Positions 29,556 to 39,884 of a stretch of 64,000 bases of DNA are shown piece after piece. Made by a program: the position numbers and the translations under genes. The notes below the pieces were generated by a model. It saw nothing but the letters and a program-made list of their open reading frames with translations, was not told the DNA's origin and did no database searches. The stretch covers positions 8,280 through 72,279 of the forward strand of contig JAGAIS010000007.1 of assembly GCA_017626405.1 (NCBI GenBank). The letters run 5' to 3'. Every line of letters begins with the position of its first letter. The first letter of the stretch is position 1. The DNA comes from Bacilli bacterium. Lineage in GTDB: Bacteria; Bacillota_I; Bacilli_A; RF39; UBA660.

Positions 29556-32500
29556 ATGAAAGAAATAATAGAATTAAGAAAAGAAAGGGAAAAACATTAT
29601 TTAAATAATGACGGAACTGTAACTGCATATATGTATAATGAAGATATTCATTATTTAGAAAATGGTGAATATAAAGAAATCGATAATACTCTAGTAGAAG
29701 AAGATGGGTATATTACTAATAAAGCTAATAATTTTAAAATAAGACTTAATAAAAATAAATATTTAGTTAAGATAGAATTAAATGAAAAAGAATATTTGAA
29801 TATATCGTTAAGAAATGCTAATGCCGTTTCAGCTCATATTCTTAATAATGAAGTAATGTATAAAGAAATATTATCTAATATAGATATCCAATATTTAGTA
29901 CATGGGAAAACATTGAAAGAAAATATTATATTAAAAGATAAATTAAATAGTAACATTGTATTTAATATAGAAACAAATTTAGAATTAGTTATAAGTGATT
30001 CAAAAGTTCTAGCTAAAAATGGTGATAATATCATATATGTTTTTAATCCATTATTTATGATTGATGCGAAAGAACAAATAAATAATAATTGCAATTATAA
30101 ATTAACAAAATTAGAAAATGGATATGAATTAGAATTTATTCTTGATGAAAAATATTTAATTGAAGCAGAATATCCTATAGTTATAGATCCTACAGTAACT
30201 ACTGATAATTTAGAAAATGTTGAAGATATTACTTTATATTCTAGTCAACCGGATCATGCAGCTGCAAATACAAACTATTTATCAGTCGGTAGTGATGCTA
30301 ATGGTATTATGAGAACTTTATTAAAGTTTGATTTACCGAAAATAGCAACTGGGAATAATATAATTAAAGCTACTGCTTATCTAAAACATTTCGGGTCATA
30401 CATTAATGAAAACCCTAAAACTATTGGTGTGTATGAAGTAACAACTAATTGGAGTGAATCTACAGCAACATGGAATAATATGAATAATAATTATAATCCT
30501 AAAATGGAAACTTATTTAACTCCACCACAAATGGTTGATACAAATTCTTCATTTGACATAGATTTAACGAATATAGTTAAAAGATGGTATTCTGATAAAG
30601 AAAATAAAGGAATAATGTTAAAATGTTTAGATGAAAGTTATGATTCTACAATGCCATATTACTCATTTTATTCAAAAACTTATGATTATTTAAATAGTAC
30701 GACTTATCGTCCACTATTAACTATTGAATATCGTTTGCAAAATGGGCTACTAGATTATATGACTTATGAAAATGTGTCTTTTTCAATCGGCAATAGTTAT
30801 GTTAACAATTGTACCGGAAATTTTTCAAATGTAGTATCTTTGTCTGAAATATTAGACAGTACATGTTTGTTTGAAATGTCATTAACTTATAATACGCATG
30901 ATGTGATATTAAATAAGAATAATAAATTTGGGCTAGGTTTTAATATTAGTTATAATGACACTATTGAAGAAACCATAAATAAATATATGGAGAAGGAATA
31001 CAAATATACATGTTCAGATGGAACTAGTCATTATTTTTATAAATATATAAAAGAAGACGGAACCGATAGTGGGGAATACCATGATGAGGATGGTTTCTCT
31101 TTAACATTAGAAATAAAGAACGAAACTACTAAAGAATTCATTTTAAAAGACAAAAATAATAATGTATATAATTTTACAAATGGCTTTTTATCTAAAATAG
31201 AATATGCTGATAAAACTTATGTAAATATTACAAGAGATTTTGAAAATAAAATTACATCAATAAAAGATAGTAAAAATAATGAAGCAACTATCAGTTATTA
31301 TGAAAATAAAGTTATTTTTGCTAATGGAAACAAAAATATTACAATCAATATTTCTAACAATAAATTGACAAGTATAGTATGTAAAAATGGAAATCTTAGT
31401 TTTGAATATAATAGTAATTCTTTGATTTCTAAAATAATTGATACTAATGGACTTAGTATGGGTGTTGATTATTATAATATTGAACCATATAAAGTAAGTA
31501 AAATAACTGAATATGGTTTAAATAATGAAGAAGGTAAATCTAAATCTTTTGTTTATGAATTTAATTCAACAACGGTAACAGATAATCAAGACATTAAAAT
31601 GAGATATACATTTAATAATTTAGGTAATACTATTAGTACTGTTTTAATTAGTGACGATAATTCTTTAAAAAAATCTTATGGTTTTTCTAGTACATATGTA
31701 AATGAATTAAAAACACCAATAACAAATAAACCTTTAGCTTCAACTTTACCGATAAAATATGGTGAAAACCTGATTAAAAATGGTAGTTTTGAAACTGATG
31801 AAAAGAACTTCTTTACTAACTTTAGAAGTAGTGAAGATAGTTTTTCAGGAAGTTATTCAGTCAAAATAGAAAGTTATGGTTGTGCAGAGCTAGATAGAAT
31901 TCTTGAAAAAGATAAAACCTACACTTTTAGTGCATATTTTAAAAATAATGATATAATTGATATTCAAGTTTATGGTACGAGAGCAACTGGTCAAGATATA
32001 ATATACGAAGAAACTATTATGCCTAATTCTGAATTTACAAAATGCGATTTTACATTCGATGTAACTTATGGTTATTCTTGCGTAGGTTTTACAATTGACG
32101 TTAGAAATGATGGTATTGCATACATAGATGATGTGGTAATAAATGAAGGTGATGTTGCAAATAATTGCAATTTGATAGATAACTCAAATTTTGTTAAAGG
32201 TATTGATGGATGGAATGTTAGTGGAAGTATTGATGGTTCAGACGATATTGTAGCTAATCCATATGAAATTATTACTTTACCATCCAATGAAAAAGCAATC
32301 CAATTAAATAGTATTGTTAATGGTAGTGTATCGTTGTTAAAAACACTTAACATATCTGGTAAAAAAGGTGATACATTTACTTTTTCATTCTGGTATAAAA
32401 ACGAGGGAGTTCTAGATACAAGTTATAATATGGTTGGTAATTTGGTATCATTAACATTTTTTGATTCTAATTCTGAATTCGGTGAATGTATTAATAATGT

Positions 32501-35500
32501 TATTTTAAACTATCATGCTGATAATTGGCAATTTCATACAGAAACATGTATAGCTGAAAACGACTTTGATTCAATAGACATTAGAGTGTTTAGTATTTAT
32601 GAAACAAATCATTTACTTTTAACTAATTTTTCTCTTACTAGAGATTTAGGGTCTTTCTTTTATGAATACGATGAAAACGGAAATTTAATATCGACTATTT
32701 ATCCAGATAATAGTAAGATAAAAATGGCATATGATAAAAATAACCAATTACTGGGAGTCTTTGATGTTAAAGGTAATAATTACAGTTATGAATATGATAA
32801 TATAAAAACAGATAGATTATTAAAAGGAATTAGTCCGACAGGAATATCAAACGAAATAAAATATGATAGTTTTGGTAATCCTGTGAGAACTATAATAAAT
32901 AATGTTAATCCAAATGGTAATGAAATAAGTGGCGATTATTATATTCGATCAAAAGGAACAGATAAATATATTACACCTAATTTAAAAACAGGAGAGTTAT
33001 CACTAAAAAATGATACTTGTAGTCATTATTCTTTTTCAATAGTAAACCATAATGAAACTGAAACCAATACAAAAGTATATAATTTTACATCTTCTATTTT
33101 ACCAAACTATAAATTAACAAAATTAGAAGATAAAGCTATTCTTCAAAAAGATTCAACAGGCACTTATTTTGAATTAATTCAAAAAAATAATGGTTCATAT
33201 AATATTAAAGTATATAAAGAAGACTTATATCTTAAGGTAAATGAAGGTAGAATATCTTTAGCAAACCTAAAAGACACATCAGATTTTGAATTTTATTTTG
33301 AAACCACAAATTCTGATGAATTTATTGAAAATAGAGCCGAGTATACAGTTGATGGTAAACATATTACTAAAATTATAGATAGTTTAGGTAAAGAAACTAC
33401 ATATAGCATTAATAATGATACTGGATTAATAGATTATACTGTTTATCCTAATAATGAAAAATATATATATGAGTATAATGACAAAGATGAATTAATACGC
33501 TTATCTAAGGATGAAAAAAATATAAATTATACATATAGCAATCAGTTATTAAAAAGTGTGACTTCTGGAAATAAAACAGTTACATTTAATTATGATAATT
33601 TCTTAAATCCTTCTGAAATAAAAATTAATAATAAACTTTTAGTTAAAGATAATTATCAGTTTGATAAATTGACATCAAAAAATTATGGAAATGGGTCAAG
33701 TATTAAGTATTATTATGATGAATTAAATAGAATAAGTAAAGTTGAAAAAGAAGATAGAGTGTTTACATATAAATATAATAATTTAGGAACTCTAGACTCG
33801 ATAATAGATCATTCAACAAGTGGATATAATTATAGTTTAAAATTTAATTATGACTTTGCAAATAGATTATCTAATATTAAATGTAAAAATATGAGAATTG
33901 AATATGTTTATGACACATTTGGAAATATAATCCAAGAAAAAAATGCTTTAAATAATACTACTCATAATTTAGAATATAGTTTTAATCAAAATAATATATT
34001 AACCAAAATAAAGATAGATGATGATGCCATAAATTACAACTACGACAATTTAGAAAGATTAACAAGTGTAAATATAAATAATAATATAAAAACAGAATAT
34101 ACTTATAAAAAAATGGGTAAAAAATTATCTACTGTTATTAATACTATTAAAAAAGGAGAAGATCTATATCAATATTTTTATGATGAATTATACAACATTA
34201 TTAAGGTTACAAAAAATGGTAATACCAGTAAAGAATATGTTTATGACACTAATAATCAATTATTAACTGAAAATAATCATGATTTAAATATGAAGTTTAT
34301 ATATAATTATGATTCTGAAGGAAATATAACTTCAAAAAAAATCTTCAATTTAGAAGATAATACGTTAATTAAAGAGGACACATATGCTTATTCAAATGTT
34401 GAATGGGAAGACGAATTAACTAGCTTTAATAATGAAAATATATGTTATGATGACATCGGAAATCCAATAAGCATTGGAAATAAAACATTAAATTGGGAAA
34501 ATGGAAAAGAATTAAAATCGTATTGCGATGATATAAATACATTTGAATATTCATATAATGTTGCTGGTTTTAGAACAAATAAAAAGATTAATAATAAATT
34601 AATTGAATACTATTTAGATGATGATAAGGTTTTATTTGAATATAGCGATGATTATGTGTTATACTTCATGTATGATGATAATGATAATTTGATTGGATTT
34701 AAGAAAAACGACCAAACTTATTACTACAATAAAAATTATCAAAATGATATTATTGGAATTTATGATAATAATTATAATGAAGTTGTTAAGTATAACTATG
34801 ATTCATGGGGAAAATTAGTTTCTATTTTGGATGCTAATAATAAAGAAATTATAGATAAAAACAACATAGGAATGATAAATCCATTTAGATACAGAAGTTA
34901 TTATTATGATCAAGAAACAGGTTTATATTATTTAAATAGTAGATATTATAATCCAGAATGGGGAAGATTTATTAATTCTGATAAGATTGCTTTTTCGAGC
35001 AATGGATTATTTGGAATAAACTATTACTTATATGCTAATAATAATCCAATTAATTATATTGATTCGAATGGTGATTTCCCTTTTGCTATACCAGTGCTTG
35101 GCGCAGCAGAAATAGCCGCAGGGTTTGTTTTAGCTGCTACACTAATCTATGCTACTGCAAAAGCTATACAAAGTGTCGGTCCCATTTCGATTGATTTAGA
35201 TCTAAACGTAAGTACTCCTCCTAAAAAGGAAAAAAAATCAAAGAAAAAAAATGATAAAGATGGTAAAAATTGTTATATATATGGATTATATAATGGTACT
35301 AAAATTGAGTATGTTGGAAGAACATATGATTTGAAAGTTAGAGAAGCTCAGCATAAGCGAACTATTAGAAAAGACTTAGAAATGCATAAAATTCATACAA
35401 CTACATCATATGAAGATTGTCGAGCATACGAGCAATACTATATTGAAAAATATAAAACGCTGAATAGAGTGATAAAAAAATCGGAAAGAATTAACAATCA

Positions 35501-35588
35501 AAGAAACGGCGTGGCAATAGATTCTCCATTCTATAGAGATTATGTTAGACCATTGAAAACAGTTTATGGAGAAACATACGTAGGATAA
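29556..35588 (+). CDS. Rhs/YD-repeat polymorphic toxin (2010 aa) with two CBM_4_9-like modules, RHS core and a C-terminal GIY-YIG nuclease-like toxin domain; no signal peptide
   Basis: ATG 29556 follows TAGGAGG. NLIKNGSFE / NLIDNSNFVKGIDGW CBM-like motifs. Many YD repeats (YDxxGN, YxYD). RHS core end PFRYRSYYYDQETGLYYLNSRYYNPEWGRFINSD. Putative autoproteolysis region IDSNGDFPF. C-terminal CYIYGLYNGTKIEYVGRTYDLKVREAQHKR...N matches the GIY-x10-YxG...R...H...N nuclease motif. Confidence 0.85.
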   Translation: MKEIIELRKEREKHYLNNDGTVTAYMYNEDIHYLENGEYKEIDNTLVEEDGYITNKANNFKIRLNKNKYLVKIELNEKEYLNISLRNANAVSAHILNNEVMYKEILSNIDIQYLVHGKTLKENIILKDKLNSNIVFNIETNLELVISDSKVLAKNGDNIIYVFNPLFMIDAKEQINNNCNYKLTKLENGYELEFILDEKYLIEAEYPIVIDPTVTTDNLENVEDITLYSSQPDHAAANTNYLSVGSDANGIMRTLLKFDLPKIATGNNIIKATAYLKHFGSYINENPKTIGVYEVTTNWSESTATWNNMNNNYNPKMETYLTPPQMVDTNSSFDIDLTNIVKRWYSDKENKGIMLKCLDESYDSTMPYYSFYSKTYDYLNSTTYRPLLTIEYRLQNGLLDYMTYENVSFSIGNSYVNNCTGNFSNVVSLSEILDSTCLFEMSLTYNTHDVILNKNNKFGLGFNISYNDTIEETINKYMEKEYKYTCSDGTSHYFYKYIKEDGTDSGEYHDEDGFSLTLEIKNETTKEFILKDKNNNVYNFTNGFLSKIEYADKTYVNITRDFENKITSIKDSKNNEATISYYENKVIFANGNKNITINISNNKLTSIVCKNGNLSFEYNSNSLISKIIDTNGLSMGVDYYNIEPYKVSKITEYGLNNEEGKSKSFVYEFNSTTVTDNQDIKMRYTFNNLGNTISTVLISDDNSLKKSYGFSSTYVNELKTPITNKPLASTLPIKYGENLIKNGSFETDEKNFFTNFRSSEDSFSGSYSVKIESYGCAELDRILEKDKTYTFSAYFKNNDIIDIQVYGTRATGQDIIYEETIMPNSEFTKCDFTFDVTYGYSCVGFTIDVRNDGIAYIDDVVINEGDVANNCNLIDNSNFVKGIDGWNVSGSIDGSDDIVANPYEIITLPSNEKAIQLNSIVNGSVSLLKTLNISGKKGDTFTFSFWYKNEGVLDTSYNMVGNLVSLTFFDSNSEFGECINNVILNYHADNWQFHTETCIAENDFDSIDIRVFSIYETNHLLLTNFSLTRDLGSFFYEYDENGNLISTIYPDNSKIKMAYDKNNQLLGVFDVKGNNYSYEYDNIKTDRLLKGISPTGISNEIKYDSFGNPVRTIINNVNPNGNEISGDYYIRSKGTDKYITPNLKTGELSLKNDTCSHYSFSIVNHNETETNTKVYNFTSSILPNYKLTKLEDKAILQKDSTGTYFELIQKNNGSYNIKVYKEDLYLKVNEGRISLANLKDTSDFEFYFETTNSDEFIENRAEYTVDGKHITKIIDSLGKETTYSINNDTGLIDYTVYPNNEKYIYEYNDKDELIRLSKDEKNINYTYSNQLLKSVTSGNKTVTFNYDNFLNPSEIKINNKLLVKDNYQFDKLTSKNYGNGSSIKYYYDELNRISKVEKEDRVFTYKYNNLGTLDSIIDHSTSGYNYSLKFNYDFANRLSNIKCKNMRIEYVYDTFGNIIQEKNALNNTTHNLEYSFNQNNILTKIKIDDDAINYNYDNLERLTSVNINNNIKTEYTYKKMGKKLSTVINTIKKGEDLYQYFYDELYNIIKVTKNGNTSKEYVYDTNNQLLTENNHDLNMKFIYNYDSEGNITSKKIFNLEDNTLIKEDTYAYSNVEWEDELTSFNNENICYDDIGNPISIGNKTLNWENGKELKSYCDDINTFEYSYNVAGFRTNKKINNKLIEYYLDDDKVLFEYSDDYVLYFMYDDNDNLIGFKKNDQTYYYNKNYQNDIIGIYDNNYNEVVKYNYDSWGKLVSILDANNKEIIDKNNIGMINPFRYRSYYYDQETGLYYLNSRYYNPEWGRFINSDKIAFSSNGLFGINYYLYANNNPINYIDSNGDFPFAIPVLGAAEIAAGFVLAATLIYATAKAIQSVGPISIDLDLNVSTPPKKEKKSKKKNDKDGKNCYIYGLYNGTKIEYVGRTYDLKVREAQHKRTIRKDLEMHKIHTTTSYEDCRAYEQYYIEKYKTLNRVIKKSERINNQRNGVAIDSPFYRDYVRPLKTVYGETYVG

Positions 35589-35624
35589 CAAAATATAGCC
35601 AATTTTGACGAAAGGGATAAGTAT

Positions 35625-36659
35625 ATGGAAAATAAAAAAACTTTAATGAATTGTGAACATGGAGATACATTTGCTCTAAGAATAGTTTCAAATCAAGAAT
35701 ATAAAGATAGATATTTGATTTTTATTAGGTTTGAAACTGATTTATATGAAGATGAAAAAAATTCTAATGATACAAGTAAGCTTTTTCGAGTTAAACTCAC
35801 TAAAAATAAAGAACTTCCAAAAAGTTTTGAAGAGTTAGAGGAACTACCTTATATTATTTGTAAAATAACTTGTTATGCAAAGAGATATTGGCCATTAGAT
35901 TCTGATATGGAATATAAAGAGATAGTAGAAAAATATAAAAATGTAAAATATTATCCGGACAAATACAATTATTTATATTCATATTTGCTTATCTTGAGTG
36001 ATTATAGATGCAAAAGATATGTAAAAAACTACGTCTATTTAGGGAATTTTTCTCTAACTCCACCAGAAAAAGAATACTTTCCAGTTGATATATTTGGTAA
36101 CGTTTTTCTTCTTATAGATGATTTAGAAAGATATTGTTTGAAAAGCTATCATGAGCATAATTTGAAAAAAGGAAAAGAATATTCTGAAGAAGCCGCAAAA
36201 GAAAACAACGCTTATGCGGAGGAAGAAGTGAAAATTCAAATGGAACTTCATAATAATATAAGAAAAAGAAATAACAAAATTTTAATAACTTCAATATCTG
36301 GATGGGGAACGGGACTATATGATTGTGATACAGCGTTGGATATGAGAGATGATTATCAAAGGTATTTATTAGAATATGATTATAAAGAAGTTTTAATATT
36401 AATGAAAAAGCAATATAAAGATTTTTTAAACGATAGAGAAGAAAAAACAATATTTTGGATGGTTATTGCTGATCAAGAAATAAAAAGAAAGATACTTATT
36501 CCTGAAGTAAAAGAAAAAGCGTTAAAGTCTATAGAAGATAATTTAATTATTTGGAAAGAATTAGATCCTAAGAATTATAATATTAGAAAACAAAAATTGT
36601 ATGGATTAAAAAAAAGAATCAACGATTTTAAAAATGCTAACATAAAAAGAGATTTTTGA
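35625..36659 (+). CDS. putative cognate immunity protein of the Rhs GIY-YIG toxin (344 aa, possibly two fused immunity domains)
   Basis: Immediately downstream of the toxin gene. Cytoplasmic. C-terminal GWGTGLYDCDTALDMRDDY block resembles a DUF4259-type immunity motif (from memory). Confidence 0.5.
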   Translation: MENKKTLMNCEHGDTFALRIVSNQEYKDRYLIFIRFETDLYEDEKNSNDTSKLFRVKLTKNKELPKSFEELEELPYIICKITCYAKRYWPLDSDMEYKEIVEKYKNVKYYPDKYNYLYSYLLILSDYRCKRYVKNYVYLGNFSLTPPEKEYFPVDIFGNVFLLIDDLERYCLKSYHEHNLKKGKEYSEEAAKENNAYAEEEVKIQMELHNNIRKRNNKILITSISGWGTGLYDCDTALDMRDDYQRYLLEYDYKEVLILMKKQYKDFLNDREEKTIFWMVIADQEIKRKILIPEVKEKALKSIEDNLIIWKELDPKNYNIRKQKLYGLKKRINDFKNANIKRDF

Positions 36660-36687
36660 AAACATCTCTTTTTTATATGGAGGAACT
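36646..36687 (+). terminator. hairpin + TTTTTTATATGGAGGAA junction motif, copy 1 (terminator-like; overlaps the immunity gene stop)
   Basis: AAAGAGAT-loop-ATCTCTTT then TTTTTATATGGAGGAACT. Nearly identical to the sequence at 41963-42004. Confidence 0.55.
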
Positions 36688-36804
36688 ATGAGATACGAAA
36701 TGAATAATATCAAACATTGTCCAATTAAAGGGGTTACAGCAGTCACTGTAACCTCTAAATTTGGACCAAGAACATTTTACAATAGAGTAGAAGGATGCGA
36801 TTAA
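36688..36804 (+). pseudogene. duplicated 5' fragment (38 codons) of the M23 peptidase gene found intact at 42005
   Basis: MRYEMNNIKHCPIKGVTAVTVTSKFGPRTFYNRVEGCD* vs MRYKMNNIKHCPIKGVTAVTVTSKFGPRRFYNRVEEKYESGHH. About 95% nt identity over about 130 bp, then divergence and a stop. Confidence 0.8.
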
Positions 36805-37322
36805 ATGTGAAGAAGAAATTATACTATAATATTGTATGCTATGATGTTTTAATAATAATGATATATGCAGTTGCAGGTATAGCTTTTTTCTTTGCATTTA
36901 ATACATTTATTGGTTTATTTACAATTATTCCAATTGTATTGGAATCGAAAAGATTAGTAAAAAACATTCAAAATATACCTTTAGTTATAGAAAAAACTGA
37001 AAATGGAATCATACTATATGAAAGTTCAAACGTTATTTTAACTGATAAGTCTTTGATTAGCCTAAAAAGATACATTTTTTCTATTGACTATCTTAATATT
37101 AACGATATTTATATAAGCAATGAATATTTTATATATGAACATGCACAAAACTTATGTTTACTTTCTAATGAAAATAAAAAATATAAAATTGTGTATATAT
37201 ATACTCTTTATTCACTTTTAACATATAAGCATGAAATAAAACAAATTCTAGAAATAATAAAAACATATAATAAAAATATTGAACTATATGGCAAAATAAA
37301 AGAAATATATGAAAAAGAATAG
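36795..37322 (+). CDS. hypothetical membrane protein (possible orphan immunity protein)
   Basis: 175 aa, N-terminal TM pair. Located between the M23 fragment and the orphan rhs-CT. Confidence 0.4.
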   Translation: MRLNVKKKLYYNIVCYDVLIIMIYAVAGIAFFFAFNTFIGLFTIIPIVLESKRLVKNIQNIPLVIEKTENGIILYESSNVILTDKSLISLKRYIFSIDYLNINDIYISNEYFIYEHAQNLCLLSNENKKYKIVYIYTLYSLLTYKHEIKQILEIIKTYNKNIELYGKIKEIYEKE

Positions 37323-37355
37323 TAATGGTTCAAGAAAAATGATTATAGTGGTTCA

Positions 37356-38393
37356 TTGATAGGATTTAAATATAATAATGAAATATACTATTATCAAAAG
37401 AACTATCAAAATGATATAACAGGAATCTATGATAGTAGTTATAACTTAGTGGTAATATATAAATATAATGGATGGGGTAAAGTATTATCAGTAGTAGATA
37501 ATACAACAAATAATATAGGAAGTATAAATCACTTCAGATATAGAAGTTATTATTATGATGAAGAGACAAGTTTATATTATTTAAATAGCAGATATTATAA
37601 TCCAAAATGGTGTAGATTTATAAATGCCGATGGAATAATAGGAGCAAACCAAGATATCTATAGTTATAATCTATACTTATATTCAAGCAATAATCCAATA
37701 AAAAATTATGATTCTGAAGGAAAATCTATATTTGGTGCCATAGCTATTTGTGGTATAATTGGTGCTGCATTGAATGTTGCTCCAACATTTATAGGGGATG
37801 TAGCGAAATCTATAAAGAACAAAAAGGTAACATACTCAGGATGGAAAGCATATGCATCTGGAGCTATAGGAGGCGCAGTAGGTGGCGCAGTTGGATATTT
37901 ATGTCCGGGAGCATATTTTGCACCAATAGTTGCTTCATCATTAACAACATCTGTTTCAAATTCTCTTTTTAATAAAAAAGACCTGGATAAAACAGTAGAA
38001 ACCGCTCTAAGTGATGTAATTATAGATACAACAGTTGGAAGATTAACGAAGAATATAAAGATTCCTAAAATAAACTCTGGGAAAAATAGTTTTGCATCAG
38101 TTTTTAAGTCTGGTATAACAAAACTTAATAAAAAAACTGTAAAAAATATGTCGTTAAAAGTAATTGCAAAAGGTGTAACTTCAGAAAGTGTTTCATCTTC
38201 AATTGACTCGTCAATAGCATATTATCCAAAAAAAATAGTTGAGGATCTAAAAGAACAATCAAATGTAGTAGTTAAAGATAATGACTATGTTAGTAATTGT
38301 ATTGAGTGTTCAAACCCATCACATAATTACCCAACACTAATCCATAATGATAATAGAAATGATTATTATTGTTTATGTGTTAAGTGGGATTAG
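37356..38393 (+). CDS. orphan rhs C-terminal toxin module (RHS core end + glycine-zipper/Cys-rich toxin domain), TTG start, no ATG
   Basis: LIGFKYNNEIYYYQKNYQNDITGIYD...HFRYRSYYYDEETSLYYLNSRYYNPKWCRFINADGI is homologous to residues about 1715-1830 of the main Rhs. Divergent CT with GAIGGAVGGAVG glycine zipper and C-terminal CxxC...YYCLCVKWD. Confidence 0.75.
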   Translation: MIGFKYNNEIYYYQKNYQNDITGIYDSSYNLVVIYKYNGWGKVLSVVDNTTNNIGSINHFRYRSYYYDEETSLYYLNSRYYNPKWCRFINADGIIGANQDIYSYNLYLYSSNNPIKNYDSEGKSIFGAIAICGIIGAALNVAPTFIGDVAKSIKNKKVTYSGWKAYASGAIGGAVGGAVGYLCPGAYFAPIVASSLTTSVSNSLFNKKDLDKTVETALSDVIIDTTVGRLTKNIKIPKINSGKNSFASVFKSGITKLNKKTVKNMSLKVIAKGVTSESVSSSIDSSIAYYPKKIVEDLKEQSNVVVKDNDYVSNCIECSNPSHNYPTLIHNDNRNDYYCLCVKWD

Positions 38394-38447
38394 ATTATTA
38401 TTTGACTAAAATAATTATATAAAATATAATTAAAGTGGTGATATACT

Positions 38448-39242
38448 ATGGAAAGTACAAAATTTTTATTATTTGTAGGTATTATATTTTTGTTAGGGTT
38501 TATCATTGCTTTATTAAAAAGTATATATAAAGACATTAAAAAATATAAGAGTTTTGATGTTACAAATGTGAATGCAAAAATATATTATGAGCGTCAGCAA
38601 TGCAAAGAAAAAATTATCACTATGATAATAGGGCTTATTATTGTAATCGCATTTTTTCTTTATTGTATAATTAATCTCCCTAAAAAAATAGTTGGTACCT
38701 ATGATAACAATTATATGATAGAAAAATGTCAAATTGTCGATTATATAGAAAAACCAAAAGGAGCTTATAACGAAATGAGTTGCCATAGTGATAACTTTGA
38801 TATTACCAATGATTCTTTTGTAAACAAAAGTGGCGAGGAATTTTACTACGATGATATTGGCAAATACGCTTGTATAAAGTATTACCCAGATATGTATGTT
38901 GTTGAAATTATGAAAATAAGTGACAATGAGAACCTTATATGTGATAATTTTTATTGGCCAGGAAAAAACATCAACGATAAAACAAATTATAACTATTCGG
39001 TTATAAAATGTAATATTAAAAAGAATGATAATGGAAAAATTAATTGTGTATATGGATCAAATTTAAAAATAAATAATGTGACTTTACTTAACGAAAAAGA
39101 CATTAAAGAAAAAAGTCACGTTTGTCTAAAATACTATTGGGATAATAATACTGGTAAAATACTATATGTTAATGATACTAATAAAAACTTTAACTGCGAT
39201 AGATATTTAAAAACAGAAGAAGAAAAAGATAAAAAAGAATAG
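38448..39242 (+). CDS. putative immunity protein A (two-TM membrane protein with Cys-containing domain), cassette 1
   Basis: Follows the orphan toxin. Paralogous to 40433-41251 (shared blocks GTYDNNYMI, YACIKYYP, ICLKYYW..NTGKIL). Confidence 0.55.
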   Translation: MESTKFLLFVGIIFLLGFIIALLKSIYKDIKKYKSFDVTNVNAKIYYERQQCKEKIITMIIGLIIVIAFFLYCIINLPKKIVGTYDNNYMIEKCQIVDYIEKPKGAYNEMSCHSDNFDITNDSFVNKSGEEFYYDDIGKYACIKYYPDMYVVEIMKISDNENLICDNFYWPGKNINDKTNYNYSVIKCNIKKNDNGKINCVYGSNLKINNVTLLNEKDIKEKSHVCLKYYWDNNTGKILYVNDTNKNFNCDRYLKTEEEKDKKE

Positions 39243-39253
39243 AGATAAAGTTT

Positions 39254-39832
39254 ATGAGTGAAATATTTTTAAGATTTATACAAATTGGAGCAATGTGTAT
39301 ATCAATTTCTTTTATTGCTAAGATTACATCATCTAAAAATTTTAATGATATAAAAACAAAAAATGGATATTCATCAAAAAAAATTAAAGGTTATATCTCT
39401 TCTGATTTAGATGGGTATAAAAAAATTGTATTCGTATTATCTTTAATATTCTTTTTGTTAACAATCTATTTTTTAACTATTTATTTTCTAAAAATAAATG
39501 GCTATATAGTAGTACAAGAAAGCGAAAAAAATAATTCATTAAAAATAGCGTGCTTGATGTTTATTATATTTTTATTTAATTATTATATATTCATTTATAC
39601 ATCAAAAAGCAAGATATATTTTAATGATCAAGAAATTATAAAGTACAGGTTAATTGGAAAAAAACAAGTATTAAAATTTAGCGATATAGAAAAAGTTGTT
39701 GCTACACCAACCTCTAAATTAATATTGTATTCAAAAAATAATAGATTGGTTTTTGAATTAGAAAAATCAAATAGTAATAAGTTTATTGCACTACTTGCGA
39801 AAAAAGGGATAGATATTAATTACAAAATGTAA
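39254..39832 (+). CDS. putative immunity protein B (membrane protein with bacterial-PH-like C-terminus), cassette 1
   Basis: Paralogous to 41278-41835 (IYFN..EIIKYR.IG..Q.LKFSD..KV). Confidence 0.5.
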   Translation: MSEIFLRFIQIGAMCISISFIAKITSSKNFNDIKTKNGYSSKKIKGYISSDLDGYKKIVFVLSLIFFLLTIYFLTIYFLKINGYIVVQESEKNNSLKIACLMFIIFLFNYYIFIYTSKSKIYFNDQEIIKYRLIGKKQVLKFSDIEKVVATPTSKLILYSKNNRLVFELEKSNSNKFIALLAKKGIDINYKM

Positions 39833-39848
39833 AAAAATCTTAATGCAT

Positions 39849-39884
39849 AGGAGATATATTAAAAATATATCTCCTTTATATATG
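39849..39884 (+). terminator. hairpin + TTTATATATGGTGGAA junction motif, copy 2
   Basis: AGGAGATATATT-AAA-AATATATCTCCT perfect 12-bp stem, then TTTATATATGG. Confidence 0.55.

Noticed and set aside
29834-30094. Minus-strand ORFs inside the rhs gene and immunity genes (29834-30094, 32072-32353, 35406-35591, 36112-36450, 38514-38786, 40713-40991), the + ORF 37748-37972 in an alternative frame of the orphan CT, and 36673-36897 (-)
   Set aside because: Embedded in or antisense to genes with clear motif support. These are composition artefacts of AT-rich DNA.
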